64,000 bases of DNA, from assembly GCA_963790825.1 (NCBI GenBank), contig CAWBPM010000003.1, positions 253,681 through 317,680 of the forward strand, given 5' to 3'. The position numbers and the translations under genes were made by a program. Each line of letters begins with the position of its first letter. Positions within the stretch are counted from its first letter, which is position 1. The notes beneath the pieces were generated by a model that saw nothing but the letters and a program-made list of their open reading frames with translations, did not search any database and was not told the origin of the DNA. Origin of the DNA: Candidatus Levyibacteriota bacterium (GTDB taxonomy: Bacteria; Patescibacteriota; Microgenomatia; Levybacterales; UBA12049). Of this stretch, positions 58,071-64,000 are shown in pieces.

Positions 58071-59338
58071 TATGGAGACAAATATTGATTTGCAGGAGGA
58101 AGGAATGAAATAGTTAAACCCTTTTCATTTTTAATTAGCTTCAATAACTCATCTAATTTTTTAGCAGACTTAACGATTTTTTTTCTATCTTCAGTAAAAG
58201 CCACCCATTTATTTTGATATTTAATTAATTGTTTTATATCCATACTTACATTATAATCACCATTAATAAAATTGCAAGTTGATGTAGAGGTTACGGAGTT
58301 ATTAGACATACCTCCTTGTTGTTGCAGATATCCCAGTGGAGTTTTAAGTCCCAAGGATTTATGTACCCGCTTTGTATTGTAGAATAGCAGATATTCAATG
58401 AGTTTTGAAGAGAAGAGTTTCGGGTCATGGAATAAATGAAGATTTTCATCAATGAATTCTTCCTGAATTGTTCTGTTGAATCGCTCAATAGTTCCATTGA
58501 TCTTGCAGCATCTTGGATAGATAAATACCTGATGGATATGTTGTTGTTTCAAGTATGCTTCAAAATCCCCCAGAAACTCCAGTCCATTGTCTGTTTGTAT
58601 GGTGGTAATTTGAATGGGATAAACAAACTGCAGTTTCTTGAAGAAGTCTACAGTTACACCGCTCGTCAGTTTTGTATAAGGCAGGCTAAATGCAAACCTT
58701 AACTTCACATCAATTGCTGTTAAAAAGAATACTCTTACTCCATCAACAAATTTAATCACTGTATCCATTTCCATATAGCCAAAGCTTTCCGGTCTGGGTG
58801 GTCTTTTAATCCTGTCTCGCTTCTTTCGTTTGGCCTGGGCAAACTTATGGGAGGGATTATGATAGATCTTGCCACTCTTTTGAAAAAAGTAATTGTTACG
58901 CTTGATGACTTTCCCAATGGTTGATTCCTGAATAATAGGCAGGTCTTCCTTTAGACAGTACTCATCGAGCAATGGTTTAATTTTCTCTTTCCCCAGTCTC
59001 ACATGCTCTTCTCTTAAGAGCTTGATATATGCAACTACTTTAGGATGGGTTTCCATGACTCTTTTTGTTTTCGGAGTTGTTGGAGTGGGAATAAGTGAAG
59101 AAATGGAATTCCTACTCATCCGTAATCGTTTCTTCCATACAAAGATAGTGTTTCTTCCAACACCAAATGCTTTCTTAGTAGTTTTCTCTCCATACTCATC
59201 ATAAAACTCTATTATCTTTAGTCTCTCTTTAGCTACTTCATCTTTAGAGAATCTTTTTAGACTCCTCAGCATTGTTTTCACCTCCTCAATGCCTTTGATT
59301 CTACTAAAGATTGGATATGCTTTTGCGTAATGATCCAT
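58070..59338 (-). CDS. IS481-family-like DDE transposase/integrase (HTH + rve core) with ~90-aa C-terminal extension
   Basis: N-terminal HTH; rve core ...IQTDNGLEFLGDF...IYPRCCKINGTIERFNRTIQEEF...YNTKRVHKSLGLKTPLGYL. Confidence 0.75.
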   Translation of the reverse strand: MDHYAKAYPIFSRIKGIEEVKTMLRSLKRFSKDEVAKERLKIIEFYDEYGEKTTKKAFGVGRNTIFVWKKRLRMSRNSISSLIPTPTTPKTKRVMETHPKVVAYIKLLREEHVRLGKEKIKPLLDEYCLKEDLPIIQESTIGKVIKRNNYFFQKSGKIYHNPSHKFAQAKRKKRDRIKRPPRPESFGYMEMDTVIKFVDGVRVFFLTAIDVKLRFAFSLPYTKLTSGVTVDFFKKLQFVYPIQITTIQTDNGLEFLGDFEAYLKQQHIHQVFIYPRCCKINGTIERFNRTIQEEFIDENLHLFHDPKLFSSKLIEYLLFYNTKRVHKSLGLKTPLGYLQQQGGMSNNSVTSTSTCNFINGDYNVSMDIKQLIKYQNKWVAFTEDRKKIVKSAKKLDELLKLIKNEKGLTISFLPPANQYLSP

Positions 59339-59523
59339 AGTTACGAATTGTCTAATATGTTTCGTAACTTATACAGTTGAACTGTTTACGTCGTACAACA
59401 CGTTATCAGAATTAGTACCGCACTGGGACGCCGGCGTGGTAGGAGCAGATGCTGCTGTGATTTTGCGGCGGTTACAAAAAGAAAAAGTTGTCCGGTCTAG
59501 CTCTTAACTTTTATCTCCCCACA

Positions 59524-59616
59524 CCTCCGCAATTTAATAATCCAGCAATTTATAAATTGTACATTCTGCATTATACATTTTTCATTTTTCTTAATACCTA
59601 ATTGACAAAGCCTTTA
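59524..59616 (+). repeat. direct repeat copy B (see 54061..54141); ends TTGACA-N17-TTTAAT
   Basis: 39-bp core 59570..59608 identical to copy A; followed by plausible -10 TTTAAT (59626-59631). Confidence 0.7.
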
Positions 59617-59815
59617 AAAAGTTATTTAATAGGCTTAACAATTAATCAAGAGCGGTGGCGAGAGTTCTGGCTCAGTGACCCACCCGGCAACCGGTAATTA
59701 TTAAGCGGTGCCAAACCCAGCCCTTGGAAAGGGACGGATTTGACCAAGAAAATTTGGTAAACAATTTTTTTGTATTATACCTCTCTTTCAGGAGAGGTTT
59801 TTTGTTGGAAAGGAG
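59617..59815 (+). promoter_or_regulatory. ~200-nt GC-rich structured leader (riboswitch/attenuator-like) ending in an intrinsic terminator just before the RBS of 59816 gene
   Basis: GAGCGGTGGCGAGAGTTCTGGCTCAGTGACCCACCCGGCAACCGG...AGCGGTGCCAAACCCAGCCCTTGGAAAGGGACGGATTTGACC, then hairpin + T7, then GGAAAGGAGGTGGG-ATG. Confidence 0.5.
59779..59804 (+). terminator. intrinsic terminator hairpin ACCTCTC-TTTCA-GGAGAGGT followed by TTTTTTG
   Basis: Read directly from sequence; 11 nt upstream of start codon 59816. Confidence 0.65.
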
Positions 59816-60238
59816 GTGGGTATGATAAGTATCGATAAAGATTCTTTGTTTGTTTTTTTGCCAACCCGTTTAGAGATAAAAGAAAGACCTGAGCTTAATG
59901 TTTTCCCTTTTAATGTATTTGTTTCATCTCACGGATTAAATGAGGAAGGAAAAATGGTTGTGTGTTCAGTCTTTTACGATCCCGACTTATCTACTTATAA
60001 AGATAACGGTGATATTAAAAGTTTAAGTTATAAAAATATTTTCAATCAGGACTATAAACTTATTATTTCTTTTAATGCCGTTAAGAATACTTACAGTTGC
60101 GCTAAATACAATAAGGATAAAATTGTAGGCTGTGCTGACGGGGAGAATGATTGGAAACGATTTTTTCTACATGTCGGGTTACTGGGTTTTGCAAAAGGAG
60201 AAACCTATTTGTTTGATGAAATTAAACAAACAAACTAA
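59816..60238 (+). CDS. hypothetical protein, paralog 1 of tandem pair
   Basis: 140 aa; shares ERPELNVF..NVFV, DYKL(I/V)IS(F/Y)N, W(K/R)(R/Q)FF(L/I)HVG(L/I)LG(F/L)A(K/N)GET(Y/C)LF with the next ORF. Confidence 0.5.
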   Translation: MGMISIDKDSLFVFLPTRLEIKERPELNVFPFNVFVSSHGLNEEGKMVVCSVFYDPDLSTYKDNGDIKSLSYKNIFNQDYKLIISFNAVKNTYSCAKYNKDKIVGCADGENDWKRFFLHVGLLGFAKGETYLFDEIKQTN

Positions 60239-60276
60239 AGGTCTTAAATCTTTAAGGTGGAGGGGGATGAAATATT

Positions 60277-60678
60277 ATGGATATAAAAAATGGTTCCCTA
60301 TATTCTTTTATACCAAGACCCTTGGCTATAGAAGACAGACCGGAACTAAACGTATTTTCCTACAATGTTTTCGTTGCAATGTACAGAATAAACCAGGAAG
60401 GAAAAAGAGAAATGGGGTCAGTAGTGTATGAACCAGATTTAACAACTTACAAAAGAGACGGAGATATACAAACTTTAAGTTATTTAAATAAATATAATCA
60501 CGATTATAAGCTTGTTATTTCGTATAATAGCGAAATAAAAACTTACCGCTGTGATAAATTCAAGGGAGAAGAAAACTTAGGAATTGCCTTAGGAAATAAT
60601 TGGAAACAATTTTTTATTCATGTCGGGATACTTGGTCTTGCCAACGGAGAAACTTGTCTATTTCAAGAAATTAATTAA
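60277..60678 (+). CDS. hypothetical protein, paralog 2 of tandem pair
   Basis: 133 aa; ~45% identical to 59816..60238; RBS GGTGGAGGGGGATG upstream. Confidence 0.5.
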   Translation: MDIKNGSLYSFIPRPLAIEDRPELNVFSYNVFVAMYRINQEGKREMGSVVYEPDLTTYKRDGDIQTLSYLNKYNHDYKLVISYNSEIKTYRCDKFKGEENLGIALGNNWKQFFIHVGILGLANGETCLFQEIN

Positions 60679-60762
60679 TAAACTTTTCTTATAACTAGTT
60701 TCGCATTTTGCAACTTGTACTTGAAATATAGGATTTACGAGTTTATCTTGATCCTTGCGCAG

Positions 60763-60788
60763 AGGAGCCGAAGAGGCTCCTAATTATT
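60763..60788 (+). terminator. hairpin AGGAGCC-GAAGA-GGCTCCT followed by AATTATT between convergent genes
   Basis: 7-bp perfect stem read directly from sequence; weak T-tract. Confidence 0.4.
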
Positions 60789-60816
60789 GGATAGATTTTT
60801 AATGAAATGCAGTGGT

Positions 60817-61725
60817 TTAAATCTGTTGTTTAATAATATCAACTGAGCCCAAATTGTGCGCCGAAGATATAGCTTGAAGAGTCTTTATAGCTTTTAATAG
60901 CACAATAACCTTACTTTTATAAATACCACTTCCCGCACCTCCACAATATTCATTTATTGATGGATATTTTTTATATATTTCATTTAACGTTAAATTATTC
61001 TGATCTTTGGCAGTATCAATTATCCCCTGGGAACAGCCAGTATTATTAACGTCAGTATATTTAGTTAATAAATTGTTGAAATAATCCAGATGTGAAATAT
61101 TATCAAGCAAGAATGCCTGCGTAGATGCGTTCCATATATAATAATCCTTCCACTCCATCGCGCAACCGGCGCATCCTATTGCTCCTAAACTGCGTGTTTC
61201 GGTAAAAGAAGATTCTGTATTTGAAAATTGATAATTTAAATACCTGCCGTAGATATCTCCTTCTTCGTTTTCAGGTGAATATACTCTTTTGGGGATACCA
61301 TTCTGCATATGATATATTCCTATTGTTTCAATTGTGCCTGTGGGATGCTCATCATACGCAGTTATGACAAAAAACTGAGGCACATCATCTGGGAATACTT
61401 TTATATCTTTCACCTGTGTAAACAAATTAGGTACCGTATATTTATTTTCTAAAACTCTGCTACCTAAAGTTAAATACCCTAACGTATTAAAGTCTATATG
61501 ATCTCCGCAAAAGATTATGTTTGCCGATAGCCCTTTTAGATTTGAATATGAATCACAAGTTTGATTATTGCTATCAACTGACCCAATGAGAGCAACTTTA
61601 TTAATTTTTGCTGGACCGCTGCTTTGGATCACCATGTGCTGTTGCGCACGAGGTCGTGCAAAAAAATAGTATGTATATAAATTTGTAGTAATAAGAATTA
61701 ATATGAATAATAAAATTTTCTTCAT
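60817..61725 (-). CDS. hypothetical secreted/membrane-anchored protein with multiple Cys
   Basis: 302 aa; N-terminal MKKILLFILILITTNLYTYYFFA hydrophobic segment; Asn/Tyr-rich. Confidence 0.45.
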   Translation of the reverse strand: MKKILLFILILITTNLYTYYFFARPRAQQHMVIQSSGPAKINKVALIGSVDSNNQTCDSYSNLKGLSANIIFCGDHIDFNTLGYLTLGSRVLENKYTVPNLFTQVKDIKVFPDDVPQFFVITAYDEHPTGTIETIGIYHMQNGIPKRVYSPENEEGDIYGRYLNYQFSNTESSFTETRSLGAIGCAGCAMEWKDYYIWNASTQAFLLDNISHLDYFNNLLTKYTDVNNTGCSQGIIDTAKDQNNLTLNEIYKKYPSINEYCGGAGSGIYKSKVIVLLKAIKTLQAISSAHNLGSVDIIKQQI

Positions 61726-61734
61726 GAATAGGTA

Positions 61735-62544
61735 TTACTGGCCCATATAGGCCGGGATTGGATCAAGAGGAGCTACTTTTTTACCATCCCAGTGAAATCG
61801 GACAATCGAAGCCCCTAAAGTTGAGCAGCATAGAGGATCATCCTTCCGATACAGTGTATATTCAACTGCTATCGTATCCTCCGTTGTCCATTTAACCATT
61901 ATATCTGTGCCGGCGAACGCTTCATCTGTCCCAACTGGCTTCCAGTTATAAAAGAAAAATGGTTTTTGGCAGTGTCCGTCTGCAGAACCTGTACATGTCC
62001 CGATTAAAACGGCGAATGGAGATAAATTCAAAGAAGTGTTTTTACTCGGATCATAGATTGTATAACCGTCTTTCTTAATTAATTCAACGGCAGCATCAAT
62101 TGTATTCGGGGCCGGGTTACTTTTGACCTGTACAAAGCTACCATTTTTATAAAGATAACGTATCTCTTTTAATTTATCTGATGAGTTTACCTCATCGCTA
62201 TAAGTTAATACGAATCCATTTCCGGTCCCTGTCTCCCTTACCCCTATCTGCATCATTTCAGGCGATTGGAAGATTACTTTACCCTTCTTTATTATCAATA
62301 ACTTTCCTGCCCCCTGAGTCATGGCTGTAGGAACAATAACTTCACTCTCATCATTTTTATAATCACCATCTACTGAGAAACTATAGTATTCAGGGCATCT
62401 GTAGGAATTACATTCCGGAATTTCCTGACTAACTGATGCCGCTTTCTCTTTAATCACATTAGTGTGTATAAATAAATAAGTCACAGCGGAGCCAAGAAGG
62501 AGAGAAACGGCAGCGATTAGCAACCCGAGCTTCAATTTCATCAT
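61735..62544 (-). CDS. hypothetical secreted protein
   Basis: 269 aa; signal-like MMKLKLGLLIAAVSLLLGSAVTYLF; 9-bp gap to downstream gene. Confidence 0.45.
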   Translation of the reverse strand: MMKLKLGLLIAAVSLLLGSAVTYLFIHTNVIKEKAASVSQEIPECNSYRCPEYYSFSVDGDYKNDESEVIVPTAMTQGAGKLLIIKKGKVIFQSPEMMQIGVRETGTGNGFVLTYSDEVNSSDKLKEIRYLYKNGSFVQVKSNPAPNTIDAAVELIKKDGYTIYDPSKNTSLNLSPFAVLIGTCTGSADGHCQKPFFFYNWKPVGTDEAFAGTDIMVKWTTEDTIAVEYTLYRKDDPLCCSTLGASIVRFHWDGKKVAPLDPIPAYMGQ

Positions 62545-62699
62545 ATACTCAACTGTAGTATATTCTGAACTAGCAGTATTGGCAATATTTATGCGTTAGA
62601 GTGCTTGAAGCTATATAGCTACTATAGGTGAGATGTCTGGCGCATTATTCCTGAAGATGCTCAGTTACTAGCTTTTTCGTAATTTCTTCTTAAATATAT

Positions 62700-63584
62700 T
62701 TATATCTCATTCGCAGAAACTATGGTTTTTAATTCTAATCCAAGTGCTTTGAAATGCTCCTCACCACATCTGATTTTTGCTGCTTCGTTATTTCTTAACT
62801 TGTCAAAGTCTTTTGTACTTTTTGTTTCACGAACCAGATAAAGTGTAGAATCTTCATGCTTTACAATAGCCCAATCAGGATTGTAAGTACCAAGTGGTGT
62901 TGATACTTTGAACCAAGCAGGTAATTTAACAAAAAGTTTAATATATTCTTTTCTTTCTAAATCTTCTGCAAACCTTCGCTCAACTTCAGATTCAAATTCG
63001 ATACAGTCATAAACGGATTTTTTGACAGATACGAGATTGTTTAAATATGAAATGATCTCCTCTTCTTCAAATAACCTCATTTCATATTCTTCTCCCGCAA
63101 TTTTTTCATATTTGATTCCACTTAAAATTAGCTTTTGCAGTTCTCTTTTTATAATTTCAACAACAATATCCATAAATTTTTGAGGATTAATTAGAAACTC
63201 CTCTAGTCTGCTTGAGCGTATAAGTATTTGAGCAATGGTATGTCTTGTTAATTCTGTCTCCTTTTGTATATAGCTAATAATGTCGGGCAATAGAAATGAC
63301 GATTCAATCGTTGTAACTTGATTCTTAACCTCAGTAGATTCAACCCCCCTTTCATCAATATCAACAAGTGCTTTAATATACTGAATCTTTATTGGGTTAA
63401 TTCTATCCATTAATTTCAAATCTGACACACAATTCCCAATTAAGTCATCTGTAGTATATACAACTGAATACGTAGTTTTTTTATTGATTTTTTCCCAAAG
63501 AATTTTAAAAGTTATATTGAAAGCCATCAGCCCCGTTTTTTGTTTATTAATGGTCATGGTAATGACAGTGAAATTACTGGACAC
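62700..63584 (-). CDS. PD-(D/E)xK nuclease-fold protein resembling the C-terminal endonuclease domain of type III restriction Res subunits (stand-alone or fragment)
   Basis: KLPAWFKVSTPLGTYNPDWAIVKHEDSTLYLVRETKSTK contains the PD...E.K motif arrangement. No helicase domain upstream. N-terminus overlaps the plus-strand ORF, so the real start may be M10 or M20. Confidence 0.45.
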   Translation of the reverse strand: MSSNFTVITMTINKQKTGLMAFNITFKILWEKINKKTTYSVVYTTDDLIGNCVSDLKLMDRINPIKIQYIKALVDIDERGVESTEVKNQVTTIESSFLLPDIISYIQKETELTRHTIAQILIRSSRLEEFLINPQKFMDIVVEIIKRELQKLILSGIKYEKIAGEEYEMRLFEEEEIISYLNNLVSVKKSVYDCIEFESEVERRFAEDLERKEYIKLFVKLPAWFKVSTPLGTYNPDWAIVKHEDSTLYLVRETKSTKDFDKLRNNEAAKIRCGEEHFKALGLELKTIVSANEI

Positions 63585-64000
63585 GATTATGAGACACTAG
63601 TAAAAATTGGCGAAAATGAATATCTATTAGCAGGGAGAATTACGTATGCACGTAGTTGTTCCGCGGCAAAAGTTTTAGGTGAAAATGTAGCGGAGAATAA
63701 TTCAACAACATTCATAGGCTATAACCGAAGCTATATTTTAGGAAGAAATCCATTAAAAGTGGCTAGTCCTTTAGATGATGAAGTTGCGAAATTATTTCTT
63801 GAACCTTCAAATCTAATCCCAATATCAATAATAAAAGGACGAACAGCTGAAGAGGCGTATAATAAGTCGCAAGAAGCAATGAGAAAGAATTTTTCCTTTA
63901 TGCTTTCTTCAAAAGCTACATCTAACCAAAGAGATGCTGCTGTATATCTTTGGTCAAATTTGAGCAGTCAAGTATTACTCGGAGATAAACTGGCCCATCT
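63540..64000 (+). CDS. CHAT/caspase-like (clan CD) peptidase homolog, 5'-truncated and running off window end
   Basis: In-frame stop at 63411-63413, no ATG (first possible TTG at 63540). FINGHGNDSEITGHDYE (His-Gly dyad) and ITYARSCSAAK (Cys) spaced as in CHAT/caspase folds, followed by the conserved downstream helix (AEEAYNKSQEAM). The His lies only ~15 aa from the earliest possible start, so the N-terminal half of the domain is missing. Confidence 0.35.
   Translation, partial: MFINGHGNDSEITGHDYETLVKIGENEYLLAGRITYARSCSAAKVLGENVAENNSTTFIGYNRSYILGRNPLKVASPLDDEVAKLFLEPSNLIPISIIKGRTAEEAYNKSQEAMRKNFSFMLSSKATSNQRDAAVYLWSNLSSQVLLGDKLAH

Larger units (their letters stand above)
57639..59338 (-). mobile_element. 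IS481-like element carrying integrase plus retropepsin-like protease passenger (ends not defined)
   Basis: Overlapping integrase and protease genes; terminal inverted repeats not found by eye. Confidence 0.5.

Noticed and set aside
59617-59780. Assignment of the leader to the c-di-GMP-I (GEMM) riboswitch class
   Set aside because: Only partial motif resemblance (GCCAAACC, GAAA, GGGACG); the conserved ACGCAAAGCC segment is absent. Reported only as an unclassified riboswitch-like leader.

Overview
This 64-kb window is AT-rich (about 40% GC by eye) and tightly packed with genes on both strands. It is most likely from a small-genome bacterium of the CPR/Patescibacteria type. That is an inference from a class I lysyl-tRNA synthetase, a 492-aa IF2 that starts directly at the G domain, many small membrane proteins and a 2147-aa membrane/surface giant. 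Recognisable housekeeping content: partial lon; a nusA-infB-(DHH-like)-rpsO-pnp operon; an hrcA-grpE-dnaK-orf-dnaJ operon; metG-tatD; an envelope-glycan cluster (processive GT2 synthase, ArnT/PMT-like GT-C, WecA/MraY-family transferase, UbiA-family decaprenyl-phosphate phosphoribosyltransferase-like); lysK, murB, two-subunit ATP-citrate lyase (aclB-aclA), greA and an acyltransferase-3. Accessory content: two tandem mosaic TMTC-like GT-C/TPR paralogs; fragments of a type III Res-like nuclease and a CHAT/caspase-like protease at the window end. The most unusual finding is a five-gene minus-strand operon. It links a VirB2-like two-TM mini-protein, a giant VirB6/TrbL-like repeat protein, a ClpC with Q/N/P-rich tails, a small membrane protein and a membrane-tethered Clp paralog with a dead D1 module. 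A separate ~5.5-kb island is flanked by ~80-bp direct repeats. It carries an XRE regulator, a COG1373-type ATPase, a NERD nuclease and a retropepsin-like protease overlapping an IS481-like integrase. A riboswitch-like leader with terminator and antiterminator potential lies upstream of two tandem paralogous small proteins. Three single-base frame disruptions in short homopolymers (pnp, the second GT-C paralog, dnaK 3' end) look like assembly indels rather than real pseudogenes. No rRNA, tRNA or CRISPR was recognised.
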